Source: Escherichia coli
GTDB taxonomy: Bacteria > Pseudomonadota > Gammaproteobacteria > Enterobacterales > Enterobacteriaceae
Length of the DNA stretch: 64,000 nucleotides
NCBI RefSeq assembly: GCF_041886205.1
Contig: NZ_CP169029.1
Reading direction: 5' to 3' (one strand)
Below, in pieces: positions 35,378-48,613 of the stretch. Each line of letters starts with the position of its first letter. Positions within the stretch are counted from its first letter, which is position 1. The position numbers and the translations under genes are program-made. Under the pieces are notes generated by a model that was not told where the DNA came from, made no database searches, and saw only the letters and a program-made list of their open reading frames with translations.

Positions 35378-37054
35378 ATGCATCACGCCACCCCGCTTAT
35401 CACCACCATTGTTGGCGGCCTTGTGCTCGCCTTTATCCTCGGCATGCTGGCCAATAAACTACGTATTTCTCCTCTGGTGGGATATCTGTTAGCGGGTGTG
35501 CTGGCAGGACCATTCACTCCGGGCTTTGTTGCCGATACCAAGCTTGCCCCGGAACTGGCTGAACTGGGCGTCATTCTGTTGATGTTTGGCGTCGGTTTGC
35601 ACTTTTCGCTGAAGGATTTGATGGCGGTAAAGGCCATCGCCATTCCCGGTGCGATCGCCCAGATAGCCGTGGCGACGCTGCTGGGTATGGCGCTCTCTGC
35701 CGTGCTGGGCTGGTCGTTAATGACCGGTATCGTGTTCGGTTTATGTCTTTCCACCGCCAGTACCGTGGTGTTACTGCGCGCACTTGAAGAACGGCAATTA
35801 ATTGACAGTCAGCGTGGGCAAATCGCCATCGGTTGGTTGATTGTGGAAGACCTGGTAATGGTTCTGACGCTGGTGTTGCTGCCCGCAGTGGCAGGAATGA
35901 TGGAACAGGGCGATGTGGGCTTTGCCACTCTTGCAGTCGATATGGGGATCACCATCGGCAAAGTGATCGCATTTATCGCCATTATGATGCTGGTAGGTCG
36001 CCGTCTGGTGCCGTGGATTATGGCACGCAGCGCGGCAACCGGTTCTCGCGAGCTGTTTACCCTGTCGGTGCTGGCGCTGGCGTTAGGGGTTGCCTTTGGT
36101 GCGGTAGAGCTGTTTGATGTCTCCTTTGCACTCGGTGCGTTCTTTGCCGGGATGGTACTGAACGAGTCTGAACTGAGTCACCGTGCCGCCCACGATACGC
36201 TGCCATTGCGCGACGCGTTTGCGGTGCTGTTTTTTGTCTCCGTCGGGATGTTGTTTGATCCGTTAATTCTGATTCAGCAACCGCTGGCAGTGCTGGCGAC
36301 GCTGGCGATTATTCTGTTTGGTAAGTCGTTAGCCGCATTTTTCCTGGTGCGACTGTTTGGTCACTCCCAACGTACGGCATTAACCATCGCCGCCAGCCTG
36401 GCGCAGATTGGTGAGTTCGCGTTTATCCTGGCGGGACTGGGAATGGCATTGAATTTACTGCCGCAGGCCGGACAAAACCTGGTACTGGCAGGGGCGATCC
36501 TGTCGATTATGCTCAACCCGGTACTGTTCGCACTACTGGAGAAATATCTGGCGAAGACCGAAACGCTGGAAGAGCAGACGCTGGAAGAGGCAATCGAAGA
36601 AGAGAAGCAGATCCCAGTGGATATTTGCAACCATGCGCTACTGGTGGGTTACGGTCGTGTAGGCAGCCTGCTGGGGGAGAAATTGCTCGCCTCTGATATT
36701 CCGCTGGTGGTGATTGAGACGTCACGAACCCGTGTTGATGAGCTGCGAGAGCGCGGGGTCCGCGCAGTATTGGGCAATGCGGCGAACGAAGAAATTATGC
36801 AACTGGCGCATCTGGAATGTGCAAAATGGCTGATCCTGACGATTCCCAACGGTTATGAAGCGGGTGAGATTGTGGCATCTGCCCGCGCGAAAAATCCGGA
36901 TATTGAGATTATTGCCCGCGCCCATTATGACGATGAAGTGGCGTATATCACCGAACGTGGTGCGAATCAGGTAGTGATGGGCGAGCGTGAAATCGCCCGT
37001 ACCATGCTGGAACTGCTGGAAACGCCACCGGCGGGTGAGGTGGTGACGGGGTAA
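35378..37054 (+). CDS. ybaL: CPA2-family cation:proton antiporter with TrkA-N domain
   Basis: 558-aa ORF; membrane domain plus GYGRVG Rossmann motif. Confidence 0.88.
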   Translation: MHHATPLITTIVGGLVLAFILGMLANKLRISPLVGYLLAGVLAGPFTPGFVADTKLAPELAELGVILLMFGVGLHFSLKDLMAVKAIAIPGAIAQIAVATLLGMALSAVLGWSLMTGIVFGLCLSTASTVVLLRALEERQLIDSQRGQIAIGWLIVEDLVMVLTLVLLPAVAGMMEQGDVGFATLAVDMGITIGKVIAFIAIMMLVGRRLVPWIMARSAATGSRELFTLSVLALALGVAFGAVELFDVSFALGAFFAGMVLNESELSHRAAHDTLPLRDAFAVLFFVSVGMLFDPLILIQQPLAVLATLAIILFGKSLAAFFLVRLFGHSQRTALTIAASLAQIGEFAFILAGLGMALNLLPQAGQNLVLAGAILSIMLNPVLFALLEKYLAKTETLEEQTLEEAIEEEKQIPVDICNHALLVGYGRVGSLLGEKLLASDIPLVVIETSRTRVDELRERGVRAVLGNAANEEIMQLAHLECAKWLILTIPNGYEAGEIVASARAKNPDIEIIARAHYDDEVAYITERGANQVVMGEREIARTMLELLETPPAGEVVTG

Positions 37055-37088
37055 ACGGTGGTTGCCGGATGTAAAATATGAAAAATAT

Positions 37089-37173
37089 GTAGGCATGATA
37101 AGACGCGCCAGCGTCGCATCAGGCATCGAGAGCCAAATGCCAGATGCGGCGTGAACGCCTTATCTGGCCTACG
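37089..37173. repeat. BIME (REP pair)
   Basis: gtaggcatgataagacgcg...catcaggca and tgccagatgcggcgtgaacgccttatctggcctac. Confidence 0.75.
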
Positions 37174-37186
37174 AACCGACGATAAC

Positions 37187-38491
37187 TTAACGATCCCAGT
37201 AAGACTCTTCCAGGCTGTCTTCACGCTCCGGCAAGCCGCGCGTTAAACGAGGTGAATGCTGGTTCAGTACCTGATAGCTCACACGGTTAGCATATTTACA
37301 CACCTGCGCTAACGATGAATAAGTTAACCAGGTGAATTTATGTTTGCTGGAGTTTGGTACGTTGCTACGATGGTAGCTGTTGGCGGTAATGTCATGCAGC
37401 AACGCTGCCAATGCGCCATCCCCCGCTCCATTAGTGTTCATGATTTTTTCCGGCCCGCCCATGTACGGCGCAATGTGCGAATATACACGCAGCGGATTCT
37501 GGCAATCCTTGTGGCGCATGGCGCGGCTAAACTCATACTGGTTGAATTCCGCTATAGCGCCCGGCAGCAGCGGATGCTGGGTTTTACGTTTCGCTTCGTC
37601 TTCGGTAAAGCCCGCCATATACAAGCCGATTGGCCCTGCAGTGCACAGCACCAGATCAACCCAGTCCAGCGCCTTGTCAGATGCTAACAACGGATCGCTT
37701 TCTCCGGTCAACGCTTCGGCTTCATCTTCGTTCATCGCAAGGATAGAGACGTGGTCTTTGAGGAATTGCTGCCACCACTGCGGATTCTCGGCAATGACAA
37801 ACTTGGTGCCCAGCGTCAGCACCACCGGTACGTTATATTTCTTCGCGTACTCAATGGCTTTCATGGTTGCTTCCGGCATGGGTTCACCCGGCTTGCAACG
37901 CACCAGATAAGAGGTGAGAACCAGTGCCGAGGCTCCGGCAATCACATCTTCCGGAATGCTTTCAGCCCGCAGCTGGTTCATGTGGCCAGGACTGATAGCA
38001 AAGGTACGTTCCCCGGACTCGCCAATCAGCGTAAAGCAACGACCAATCGGACCATCCACGCCTTGTAGATAGTTAAGATCGGTACGGCTGGAGGTGTTAC
38101 ACAGGTAACGATAGGCATAGCTGCCAATTTCAATATTGCTGCACATCACACCCAGCAGCACCGAACGGTCGTCCGCGAGCACCGAGTAGTTGTGCATGGT
38201 GTTGCCAATGGTGCCACCCGCAAACTGATGGGTAATCAGGTTTTTCTGTTTTAGTTCCTGATAAAGCGCTTCGGCTACGTCATCCTCAATCACCAGTGAA
38301 TGCCCGGCGCTTAATCCATAACGCTCAATGAATTCATCATCCACTTTCGCTTCAATATCGACCAGCGTCTGGTCAATACCTACGACCCAGGCGGCGCTGG
38401 TTTCGTTTTCTGGCTGGAATTGCTGAAGCAGCGGATCGCGTGCATTTACAGGGAAGTAATGTTTGGATTTACGTTTACCGGGAAATTTCAT
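37187..38491 (-). CDS. gsk: inosine-guanosine kinase
   Basis: 434-aa PfkB-family ORF. Confidence 0.9.
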   Translation of the reverse strand: MKFPGKRKSKHYFPVNARDPLLQQFQPENETSAAWVVGIDQTLVDIEAKVDDEFIERYGLSAGHSLVIEDDVAEALYQELKQKNLITHQFAGGTIGNTMHNYSVLADDRSVLLGVMCSNIEIGSYAYRYLCNTSSRTDLNYLQGVDGPIGRCFTLIGESGERTFAISPGHMNQLRAESIPEDVIAGASALVLTSYLVRCKPGEPMPEATMKAIEYAKKYNVPVVLTLGTKFVIAENPQWWQQFLKDHVSILAMNEDEAEALTGESDPLLASDKALDWVDLVLCTAGPIGLYMAGFTEDEAKRKTQHPLLPGAIAEFNQYEFSRAMRHKDCQNPLRVYSHIAPYMGGPEKIMNTNGAGDGALAALLHDITANSYHRSNVPNSSKHKFTWLTYSSLAQVCKYANRVSYQVLNQHSPRLTRGLPEREDSLEESYWDR

Positions 38492-38642
38492 GGTTGTTTT
38501 TACGGGTGGTTAACTGAGCGGCGAATGTTAACACAATCTGACGGGAGCGCGCGAGACGCAGCCAGTTTCAATATCAGCAGGCGGGATCGCATTTTCATGG
38601 CAGTGGTTCCTTACAATGACCTCATTTGAAAGGAGTTTTTGC

Positions 38643-39602
38643 ATGAAGCCGGAAAACAAATTACCCGTTCTGGACCTTATCTCTGCTGAAATGAAGACCG
38701 TTGTGAATACTCTTCAGCCGGATTTACCGCCCTGGCCTGCAACGGGAACGATTGCTGAGCAACGACATTATTACACGCTTGAGCGCCGATTCTGGAATGC
38801 GGGCGCTCCAGAAATGGCAACCAGCGCTTACATGGTTCCAACAAAATATGGGCAGGTGGAAACACGTCTCTTTTGTCCGCAGCCAGATAGTCCGGCGACG
38901 CTATTTTATTTGCATGGCGGCGGTTTTATTCTCGGCAATCTCGATACCCACGATCGCATCATGCGCCTTTTGGCAAGCTACAGCCAATGTACGGTGATTG
39001 GCATTGATTACACCCTTTCACCTGAAGCGCGTTTTCCGCAAGCGATAGAGGAAATTGTGGCTGCCTGTTGTTATTTCCACCAGCAGGCGGAGGATTATCA
39101 AATCAATGTGTCCCGCATTGGCTTTGCCGGTGATTCCGCAGGTGCCATGCTGGCGCTCGCCAGTGCGTTGTGGTTGCGTGATAAACAGATCGATTGCGGT
39201 GAAGTTGCGGGCGTTTTGCTGTGGTATGGGCTTTACGGATTACGGGATTCCGTGACACGTCGTCTGTTGGGCGGTGTCTGGGATGGCTTAACGCAACAGG
39301 AGTTGCAGATGTATGAAGAGGCGTATTTAAGCAACGACGCGGACCGCGAGTCGCCGTATTACTGTCTGTTTAATAACGATCTCACTCGCGAAGTTCCGCC
39401 CTGTTTTATTGCCGGGGCGGAGTTCGATCCGCTGCTGGATGACAGTCGTCTGCTTTACCAGACGTTAGCGGCGCATCAGCAGCCCTGTGAGTTCAAACTC
39501 TATCCAGGCACGCTGCACGCCTTTTTGCATTATTCACGGATGATGAAAACCGCCGACGAGGCTCTTCGCGACGGCGCTCAGTTCTTTACCGCTCAGCTTT
39601 AG
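38643..39602 (+). CDS. aes: acetyl esterase (HSL family)
   Basis: [12 protein letters not shown]..., HGGGF oxyanion motif and GDSAG nucleophile; 319 aa from internal Met. Confidence 0.9.
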   Translation: MKPENKLPVLDLISAEMKTVVNTLQPDLPPWPATGTIAEQRHYYTLERRFWNAGAPEMATSAYMVPTKYGQVETRLFCPQPDSPATLFYLHGGGFILGNLDTHDRIMRLLASYSQCTVIGIDYTLSPEARFPQAIEEIVAACCYFHQQAEDYQINVSRIGFAGDSAGAMLALASALWLRDKQIDCGEVAGVLLWYGLYGLRDSVTRRLLGGVWDGLTQQELQMYEEAYLSNDADRESPYYCLFNNDLTREVPPCFIAGAEFDPLLDDSRLLYQTLAAHQQPCEFKLYPGTLHAFLHYSRMMKTADEALRDGAQFFTAQL

Positions 39603-40561
39603 CGATACGCGGCAACAAGATTAGCCATCATTTCAATATGTTCCGGCGTGGCATTAAGCGACGGAATATACTCATATTTTTTCCCGCCCGCACCGAGGAA
39701 GACCTCACGGTTTTGCTCAGCAATCTCTTCCAGCGTCTCCAGACAATCCGCAGCAAAGCCCGGGCACATCACCTGAATATGACCTACGCCTTTTTCTCCG
39801 AGCATTTTCAGCGTTTCGTCGGTATAAGGCATCAGCCAGGGTTCCCGACCAAAGCGCGACTGAAAGGTCATCATCACTTTTTCCGGTGCCATCCCCAGTG
39901 CGGAAGCCAGTTCGCGAGTCGTTGTGCGGCAACGTTGCGGGTAATCATCGCCTTCATCGGCATAACGCTGGGGAATGCCATGATAAGAGAGCAGCAGCAG
40001 ATCCGGTTCGCCATGTTTGGCAAAAGAAGCGCGTACGCTGTTCGCCAGTGCATTAATGTAATCGTGGTTATCGGCGTAATCACGAATAAACGATATGCCC
40101 GGAATGCTACGTTTGCGCGCCAGAATGCGTGCCAGTTCATCCCATACCGCACCGACCGTAGAACAGGAGAATTGCGGATAAAGCGGCAGCACCACAATAT
40201 GATCTACATGCTCTGCCAGGAGTTCATCTACGGCGCTTTCCAGTGATGGCGAGCCGTAGCTCATTCCCAGCGCTACGGGCGTCTCCGGTAAACGTTGTGC
40301 CAGCGCCTGCTGTTGCTGGCGGCTGTAAACCATCAGCGGCGAGCCACCTTCCATCCAGACAGAGGCATACAGCTTCGCCACACGCGGCGAGCGCAGCGGC
40401 AAAATCACGCCGCGTAATAAGGGCCACCATAACAGTCGTGAGGTATCGACCACACGTCTGTCGCTTAAAAATTGTTTCAGGTAGCGTTTTACCGCTTCAG
40501 GAGTGGGGGCATCGGGTGTACCCAGGTTTGCCAGCAGAATACCAGTTTTAGTCTGACGCAT
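39599..40561 (-). CDS. hemH: ferrochelatase
   Basis: 320-aa ORF, synteny next to adk. Confidence 0.9.
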   Translation of the reverse strand: MRQTKTGILLANLGTPDAPTPEAVKRYLKQFLSDRRVVDTSRLLWWPLLRGVILPLRSPRVAKLYASVWMEGGSPLMVYSRQQQQALAQRLPETPVALGMSYGSPSLESAVDELLAEHVDHIVVLPLYPQFSCSTVGAVWDELARILARKRSIPGISFIRDYADNHDYINALANSVRASFAKHGEPDLLLLSYHGIPQRYADEGDDYPQRCRTTTRELASALGMAPEKVMMTFQSRFGREPWLMPYTDETLKMLGEKGVGHIQVMCPGFAADCLETLEEIAEQNREVFLGAGGKKYEYIPSLNATPEHIEMMANLVAAYR

Positions 40562-40692
40562 TACCGCCTCTTATCGATTCAACTTGTTGATAATTGTAGC
40601 GGAAAAGTGAAGAAGAAGAACTAATTGCTGTAAGAGGTATTGCCTGAGGAGGATGAGCAGACCTGCCCGAAAGCAGATCTGCTGCGGCTTGA

Positions 40693-41409
<717 letters not shown>

Positions 41410-41517
41410 TCAAGAAAGGCACCTGGGGCTGAAACGGTTAATGGCGAGATAAATTGCGGAAAGTGCAGATGATGAAAAGAAAAATGCCGGATGACACGAA
41501 GGTCATCCGGCATGACA

Positions 41518-43392
41518 TCAGGAAACCAGCAGCTGGTTCATACGACGAATAAACAGGTTCGGATCTTCCAGCGTGCCGCGTTCTGCCAGCAGCGCCTGAT
41601 CCAGCAGCAGTTCTACCCACTCGCTGAACTTCGCTTCATCTTCAGTATCTGCCGCACGTTTCACCAGTACGTGATCCGGGTTCAGTTCGAAGATGTATTT
41701 CACTTCCGGCACTTTCTGGCCCGCTGCGGCAAACAGTTTCGCCATCTGAGTGCTCATTTCGTCCGCATCGGTAGAGACAATCGCTGGCGTATCGGTCAGA
41801 CGGTGAGTCAGACGGACATCTTTCACGCGCTCGCCGAGCAGGGCTTTCACACGGTCGATGAACGGAGTCAGTGCTTTCTCCGCTTCTTTCGCGCTCTCAT
41901 CAACTTCGTCAGCCAGTTTTTCCAGCGACTCGTCAACTTTAGACACCGACTGGAACGGTTTACCGTCGAACTCAGTCAGATAGTTCATCATCCACTCATC
42001 GATGCGGTCGGAAAGCAGCAGAACTTCGATGCCTTTCTTACGCAGCAGTTCCAGGTGCGGGCTGCTCTTCGCTGCCGCATAGCTGTCTGCAGTGATGTAG
42101 TAGATTTTCTCCTGCCCTTCTTTCATGCGGGAAACGTAGTCTTCCAGAGACACGGTCTGCGCAGAAGAATCGGTATGAGTAGAAGCAAAACGCAGCAGTT
42201 TGGCGATCGCTTCCTGGTTAGCGAAATCTTCCGCCGGACCTTCTTTCAGTACCAGGCCAAACTGTTGCCAGAAGGTCTGGTATTTTTCCGCGTCGTCTTT
42301 GGCCAGTTTTTCCAGCATTTGCAACACACGCTTGGTCAGCGCATTGCGCAGGTTACGCGTTACCGTGCTGTCCTGGAGGATTTCACGGGAAACGTTCAGC
42401 GGCAGATCGCTGGAGTCAATCAGACCACGCACGAAGCGCAGATAGTTCGGCATGAACTGTTCTGCGTCGTCCATGATGAACACGCGCTGGACGTACAGTT
42501 TCAGGCCGTGTTTATGATCGCGGTTCCACATATCCCACGGAGCCTGGGACGGGATGTACAGCAGGCTGGTGTACTCCTGCTTACCTTCAACACGGTTGTG
42601 GCTCCAGGTCAGCGGATCGTTAAAGTCGTGGGCGATGTGTTTGTAGAACTCTTTGTACTCTTCATCGGTGATTTCCGACTTGTTACGAGTCCACAGCGCC
42701 TGCGCTTTGTTAATTTTCTCCCAGGAGATAACGGTTTCGCCGTCTTTCTCTTCGCGTTTTTCGATCTCTACCGGCAGCGCGATATGGTCGGAGTATTTGC
42801 TGATGATGGAACGCACACGCCAGTCATCGAGGAACTCGTCTTCGCCTTCACGCAGATGCAGGGTGATTTCAGTACCACGATCTTCTTTGGTGATGTCGGC
42901 AACGGTGTATTCACCTTCGCCAGCCGATTCCCAGAACACGCCATTTTCTGGTTTTTCGCCTGCCGCGCGAGTACGCACGGTCACTTTGTCGGCCACGATA
43001 AACGCAGAGTAGAAGCCAACACCAAACTGACCGATCAGCTGGCTGTCTTTCGCCTGGTCAGAACCCAGCGATTCAAGGAATGATTTGGTGCCGGATTTAG
43101 CGATAGTCCCCAGATGGTCAATCACTTCGTCGCGGGTCATCCCCACGCCGTTATCGGAGATGGTCAGCGTACGCTTGTCTTTATCGAAAGAGACACGAAC
43201 GCGTAGTTCGCCATCACCTTCGTACAGGTCCGGGTTAGAGAGCGCGCGGAAACGCAGCTTGTCCGCCGCATCGGAGGCGTTAGAGATAAGCTCACGCAGG
43301 AAGATTTCTTTATTGGAATAGAGAGAATGGATCATCAGGTGCAGAAGCTGTTTCACTTCTGACTGAAAACCACGAGTTTCTTGTCCTTTCAT
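41518..43392 (-). CDS. htpG: Hsp90-family chaperone
   Basis: 624-aa ORF with GHKL ATPase N-terminus. Confidence 0.95.
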   Translation of the reverse strand: MKGQETRGFQSEVKQLLHLMIHSLYSNKEIFLRELISNASDAADKLRFRALSNPDLYEGDGELRVRVSFDKDKRTLTISDNGVGMTRDEVIDHLGTIAKSGTKSFLESLGSDQAKDSQLIGQFGVGFYSAFIVADKVTVRTRAAGEKPENGVFWESAGEGEYTVADITKEDRGTEITLHLREGEDEFLDDWRVRSIISKYSDHIALPVEIEKREEKDGETVISWEKINKAQALWTRNKSEITDEEYKEFYKHIAHDFNDPLTWSHNRVEGKQEYTSLLYIPSQAPWDMWNRDHKHGLKLYVQRVFIMDDAEQFMPNYLRFVRGLIDSSDLPLNVSREILQDSTVTRNLRNALTKRVLQMLEKLAKDDAEKYQTFWQQFGLVLKEGPAEDFANQEAIAKLLRFASTHTDSSAQTVSLEDYVSRMKEGQEKIYYITADSYAAAKSSPHLELLRKKGIEVLLLSDRIDEWMMNYLTEFDGKPFQSVSKVDESLEKLADEVDESAKEAEKALTPFIDRVKALLGERVKDVRLTHRLTDTPAIVSTDADEMSTQMAKLFAAAGQKVPEVKYIFELNPDHVLVKRAADTEDEAKFSEWVELLLDQALLAERGTLEDPNLFIRRMNQLLVS

Positions 43393-43501
43393 GTAGGTCT
43401 ACCTCAATAATGCCATTTTAAGGTTAAAAACAGGATGAGGGAGAGATGGGGACAAGGGAGAATAATTTCAAGCGAGAGCAGGTGATCCTGCTCTCGTTTG
43501 C

Positions 43502-44106
43502 TTAAAAACGAATCTTATGACGCCCGGCAAGGGAGTGTGACAGCGTGGTGCCATCGACCATTTCCAGTTCGCCGCCAACCGGTACGCCATGAGCGATTCG
43601 GCTGGCTTCCACGTCATATTGCGCGCAAAGCTCGGCAATGTAGTTAGCGGTAGCTTCACCTTCAACCGTGGGATTGGTGGCGAGGATCACTTCAGTGATT
43701 TTTTCCTCTGCCAGACGCTGTTCCAGACGATCAAGCCCGATATCATCCGGACCGATGCCGTCCAGCGGTGACAGATGCCCCATCAACACAAAATAACGAC
43801 CTGAAAACTGCCCCGTCTGCTCAATGGCGTAAATGTCCGCCGGACTCTCCACCACACAGATTTGACCGTTTTCCTGACGACGCGGATTCGAACAGATGTT
43901 ACAGACTTCCTGTTCGGTGAAAGTGCGGCAATCGGCGCAGTGGCCGATTTCCGACATCGCCCGGGTGAGCGCCTGCGCCAGACGCATCCCGCCGCTACGA
44001 TCGCGCTGAAGCAGCGTGAACGCCATACGCTGCGCCGACTTCGGGCCAACGCCCGGCAGACAGCGCAGTGCTTCCATAAGCTGTGTTAACAGCGGGCTGG
44101 TTTGCA

Positions 44107-44107
<1 letters not shown>
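43502..44107 (-). CDS. recR: recombination protein RecR
   Basis: 201-aa ORF with C4 zinc finger and Toprim domain. Confidence 0.92.
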
Positions 44108-44451
<344 letters not shown>

Positions 44452-44488
44452 TCACGTTAAGGATGACGAACGTAAGCTGTGCTTACGA

Positions 44489-46420
44489 TCAAATGGGGCG
44501 GATACTTTCTTCATCCAGCTCCGCATCGAAAAACCGACGCAGGGTCTGAATATTATTATCCGCAATAATGGACTCGCGCGCCTGCGCAAGTTTTTCTTCG
44601 TATATCGCCTGACGCCACTCCAGCGGCGTACGCACCGCGGGATTATCATCTTCAACGATAGTCAGTTCAACCGTTGAACCTTTTAACATGCTCAACGCTT
44701 CAGCCAGTTTTTGCTGTGCACCGCGGTTGTTCAAATGCCGCTGAGAGGAGCGCAAATGCAGACATACTGCGTTGTCGCTCTCCTCTTTCCAGGCATTTAA
44801 CGCCACCTGTTCGACCAGTTTTGGTAGCGAAAGTTGGCTCACCTGTGCCGCCCACGGGTCGCGCTCAATGGCTTCTGCCGCCAGCTTCGCCGCCAGTTCC
44901 GGCGTTTTTTCATGTTCCAGCGCTTTTTTCAGCGCCTTCGGCGTGGCGACCACTTCTTTTTGCTGCATCACTGGAGTGGTAGCCTTCCAGCGATACGCTT
45001 CTTTTTTGGCTGGCGCTTTTTCCAGCGCCGATGGCACCGGACGCGCCTGAACGCGATCGGTGACCGAAGCCAGTCTTTCCAGCGCAGCGTTATTCACCGG
45101 CCGCGCGCGGGTAGCGGCTGCCGGTTCACTCTTTTTTGCTTTGGTTGCTCCCTGCACGCGCTGCAACTGCTGGCGCGCCGCCAGCACCTGGCTGGTGGTT
45201 TCCGGGAGCGGTACAGTCGGTGCCTGCTGCGGCGCTGATTGCGGTTGCGGCGGCACCTGGGTTGGCGTCATTACTGCCGTTGGCGCGACGGGCGCAAAGG
45301 ACTGGCGTGGCACTTCTGGCTCAGGCAGAGGCATACGTGGATGGAACGCCAGCGCGCGCAGCAGCGTCATCTCAACGCCCATGCGGCGGTCCGGCGCATA
45401 CGGTAATTCTTTGCGACCAATCAACAGCGTCTGATAGTAAAGCTGAATATCCGTCGGCGGTATGGTGCGCGCCAGTTCACGCATCCGCAGCTCAATGGCG
45501 GCCATGTCGTTGCCAAGTGCAGCAGGCGAAAGTTGTACCATCGCAATACGATGCAACAGGCCGAGCATTTCCACCAGCAACGCTTCCCACTCGATACCAC
45601 GGGCAGCGGCTTCATTAATCAGCGCCATTACGCGCTCGCCGTTGGCCTCGACCATCGCTTCAACCAGCGACAGCGCCTGATCGTCATCAAGCGTACCCAG
45701 CATCGCACTGACTGCCTGGGTTGAAACCTGGCCGTCACCGCTGGCAATCGCCTGGTCGGTCAGACTTAAGGCATCTCGCAGGCTGCCTTCAGCGGCGCGC
45801 GCCAGCAATTGCAACGCCCGCGGCTCGTGAGCGATATGTTCTTCGTTGAGGATGTGCTCAAGTTGATGGCGAATTTGCTCGACATCCAGCGCCTTGAGAT
45901 GAAATTGCAAACAGCGCGACAAAATCGTCACCGGCAATTTCTGTGGATCGGTCGTCGCCAGCAGAAACTTAACGTGCTCCGGCGGCTCTTCAAGGGTTTT
46001 TAACAGTGCGTTAAAGCTGTGGCGCGACAGCATATGCACTTCGTCGATCAGATAAACTTTGAAACGACCACGCGCCGGAGCGTACTGGACGTTATCCAGC
46101 AGGTCGCGGGTATCTTCAACTTTGGTGCGCGAGGCGGCGTCGATTTCAATCAGATCGACAAAGCGCCCCTGCTCGATTTCACGACAGTTATCGCACACGC
46201 CGCACGGCGTCGCGGTAATGCCGGTTTCGCAGTTTAGCCCCTTCGCCAGCAGTCGGGCGATAGAGGTTTTTCCGACGCCACGGGTGCCGGAAAAAAGATA
46301 AGCATGATGAATACGCCCTAACGACAAGCCGTTCGCCAGTGCGGTCAGCACATGTTCCTGGCCGACGACGTCAGCAAAGGTTTGTGGGCGCCATTTTCGG
46401 GCTAAGACCTGATAACTCAT
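44489..46420 (-). CDS. dnaX: DNA polymerase III tau/gamma subunits
   Basis: 643-aa ORF with AAA+ Walker A GTRGVGKT. Confidence 0.95.
   Translation of the reverse strand: MSYQVLARKWRPQTFADVVGQEHVLTALANGLSLGRIHHAYLFSGTRGVGKTSIARLLAKGLNCETGITATPCGVCDNCREIEQGRFVDLIEIDAASRTKVEDTRDLLDNVQYAPARGRFKVYLIDEVHMLSRHSFNALLKTLEEPPEHVKFLLATTDPQKLPVTILSRCLQFHLKALDVEQIRHQLEHILNEEHIAHEPRALQLLARAAEGSLRDALSLTDQAIASGDGQVSTQAVSAMLGTLDDDQALSLVEAMVEANGERVMALINEAAARGIEWEALLVEMLGLLHRIAMVQLSPAALGNDMAAIELRMRELARTIPPTDIQLYYQTLLIGRKELPYAPDRRMGVEMTLLRALAFHPRMPLPEPEVPRQSFAPVAPTAVMTPTQVPPQPQSAPQQAPTVPLPETTSQVLAARQQLQRVQGATKAKKSEPAAATRARPVNNAALERLASVTDRVQARPVPSALEKAPAKKEAYRWKATTPVMQQKEVVATPKALKKALEHEKTPELAAKLAAEAIERDPWAAQVSQLSLPKLVEQVALNAWKEESDNAVCLHLRSSQRHLNNRGAQQKLAEALSMLKGSTVELTIVEDDNPAVRTPLEWRQAIYEEKLAQARESIIADNNIQTLRRFFDAELDEESIRPI
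45129..45135 (-). promoter_or_regulatory. dnaX programmed -1 frameshift site (A AAA AAG)
   Basis: Plus-strand cttttttt = minus-strand AAAAAAG; -1 frame reads GAG then UGA. Confidence 0.8.
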
Positions 46421-46548
46421 TGGCAGGCTCTGAAACGCTGGAAGGTGGATTCACGAAGGGGTAATGCTAACACAGCCCCGTCAGAACGGCGAGGCTGAAT
46501 GCACATCTTGTGCTGTCCGTAGCGTGGGCAGCACAAGACTGGCGATAA

Positions 46549-47100
46549 TTAATGGCCCGGGAACGGGACAAGGCTGTAGCTGGTAATGCCCTGTTTTTCG
46601 AGACGCTGTTCGCCGCCGAGATCGAACAGGTTGATAATGAACGCAGCGTCAGCCACTTCACCACCCAGACGACGGATCAGTTTAACGGTCGCTTCAATAG
46701 TGCCGCCGGTTGCCAGCAGATCGTCCACCACCAGAACTTTGTCGCCCGGTTTGATGGCATCAACGTGGATCTCCAGCTGATCGGTGCCGTATTCCAGATC
46801 GTAAGTTTCACTGATAGTTTCACGCGGCAGTTTGCCCGGTTTACGGACCGGCACAAAGCCAACGCCCAGACCCAGAGCTACCGGAGCGCCAAACAAGAAG
46901 CCACGCGCTTCGGTGCCGACAACTTTGGTAATGCCCGCATTTTTGTAACGCTCAACCAGCAAGTCGATGCTGAGAGCGTAAGCTTTCGGGTCTTCCAGTA
47001 AGCTGGTGACATCGCGGAAAAGAATGCCGGGTTTTGGGTAGTCCTGAATGCTTTTGATGCTATTTTTGAGATACTCAAGCTGCTGTGCAGTCGCGGTCAT
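46549..47100 (-). CDS. apt: adenine phosphoribosyltransferase
   Basis: [16 protein letters not shown]... PRPP motif [11 protein letters not shown]; 183 aa. Confidence 0.92.
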
Positions 47101-47252
47101 AAGTGTATGCCTGCTTGTTACGGTGGTACTCACGGCGCGTTTTAAACGTATCAAAAGTAACAGTTGTTTAACCTTTGACCGCCTGCGCCTGTGCTCGAAA
47201 ACGCCAGAATGTACTGGCTGTACGCAATAATTGCAACTGCGATTGTTGTGCT

Positions 47253-47630
47253 TCAGTGCTTTTCTTGCTTTTCATCAATCACCGGAATTCGCCACATATA
47301 GAAAAGCAAACAGGCGAGAATTACCAGCAACATGATGCGCACCCATGGCATCTGGACGAACCACAGAGAAATGGCAAACGTGAGCAAAATAAGCAAAATC
47401 GCCCGCGGTTTGACGCCGCGCGGCATCGCATGATGTTTCTGCCAGAAACGTAGATAGCTGCCAAACCATGAGCGGTACAGCAACCAGGCGTGAAAGCGCG
47501 GGGAAGAACGGGCAAAGCACCAGGCCGCCAGCAGGATAAACGGCGTCGTCGGTAATACCGGTAATACCACGCCCAGCGTACCCAGCACTACCGCCAGCCA
47601 GCCAATGATGATTAAAATGATTCGTTGCAT
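47253..47630 (-). CDS. ybaN: DUF454 inner membrane protein
   Basis: 125-aa hydrophobic ORF. Confidence 0.8.
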
Positions 47631-47699
47631 ATTGAGTGTTGTCAGCTTACAGAGTGGCTACTTTAGCATAACAATTATCATTTTCATTGAGGTCTTATC

Positions 47700-48227
47700 G
47701 TGAAAACCGCCCTGCTGCTGGAAAAACTGGAAGGACAGCTCGCTACGCTGCGTCAGCGTTGTGCCCCGGTGTCACAGTTCGCCACGCTAAGTGCTCGTTT
47801 CGACAGGCATCTTTTTCAGACTCGTGCGACAACACTACAGGCTTGTCTCGACGAGGCGGGCGATAATCTGGCTGCGCTTCGTCATGCAGTTGAGCAGCAA
47901 CAGCTGCCGCAAGTGGCCTGGCTGGCGGAACATCTGGCGGCACAACTGGAAGCCATCGCGCGTGAAGCCTCCGCCTGGTCATTGCGCGAGTGGGACAGTG
48001 CGCCACCGAAAATTGCCCGCTGGCAGCGTAAACGTATTCAGCATCAGGATTTTGAGCGGCGGCTACGTGAGATGGTTGCCGAACGCAGAGCCCGCCTGGT
48101 GCGGGTGACCGATCTCGTGGAACAGCAAACGCTGCATCGTGAAGTGGAAGCCTATGAAGCGCGCCTGGCACGCTGCCGCCATGCGCTGGAAAAAATCGAA
48201 AACAGGCTAGCGCGCTTAACCCGCTAG
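47700..48227 (+). CDS. priC: primosomal replication protein N''
   Basis: 175-aa ORF, synteny. Confidence 0.85.
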   Translation: MKTALLLEKLEGQLATLRQRCAPVSQFATLSARFDRHLFQTRATTLQACLDEAGDNLAALRHAVEQQQLPQVAWLAEHLAAQLEAIAREASAWSLREWDSAPPKIARWQRKRIQHQDFERRLREMVAERRARLVRVTDLVEQQTLHREVEAYEARLARCRHALEKIENRLARLTR

Positions 48228-48240
48228 CAATGGAGAGAGT

Positions 48241-48402
48241 ATGTCACTTGAAAATGCCCCTGACGATGTCAAACTGGCTGTCGATTTGATTGTGCTGCTG
48301 GAAGAAAATCAGATCCCAGCCCGCACCGTGCTGCGCGCGCTGGATATTGTAAAACGCGATTATGAAAAGAAATTAACGCGCGATGATGAGGCGGAAAAGT
48401 GA
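48241..48402 (+). CDS. ybaM: small protein YbaM (53 aa)
   Basis: [31 protein letters not shown]... found by manual translation, SD ggagag upstream. Confidence 0.75.
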   Translation: MSLENAPDDVKLAVDLIVLLEENQIPARTVLRALDIVKRDYEKKLTRDDEAEK

Positions 48403-48455
48403 GAAATAAATGGGGCCGCTAAATGTCCCCTAAGATTGTGGGCAAACGCAAAACT

Positions 48456-48554
48456 GCCTGATGCGCTACGCTTATCAGGCCTACACCGCTCCTGCAATAT
48501 ATTGAATTCTTGCGGTTTCGTAGGCCGGATAAGGCGGTCACGCCGCATCCGGCA
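48456..48554. repeat. BIME (REP pair)
   Basis: gcctgatgcgctacgcttatcaggcctac and gtaggccggataaggcg...catccggca. Confidence 0.75.
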
Positions 48555-48613
48555 TGAACAACGCGCACTTTGTCAGTAATCTCGGGGCAACTAAATGTCG
48601 CCCCCTTTGGTTA

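Noticed and set aside
41491-43083. 530-aa ORF on the plus strand
   Set aside because: Lies entirely antisense to htpG; its composition (many R, F, Q, V runs) is typical of an antisense frame of a highly expressed gene and it has no RBS context
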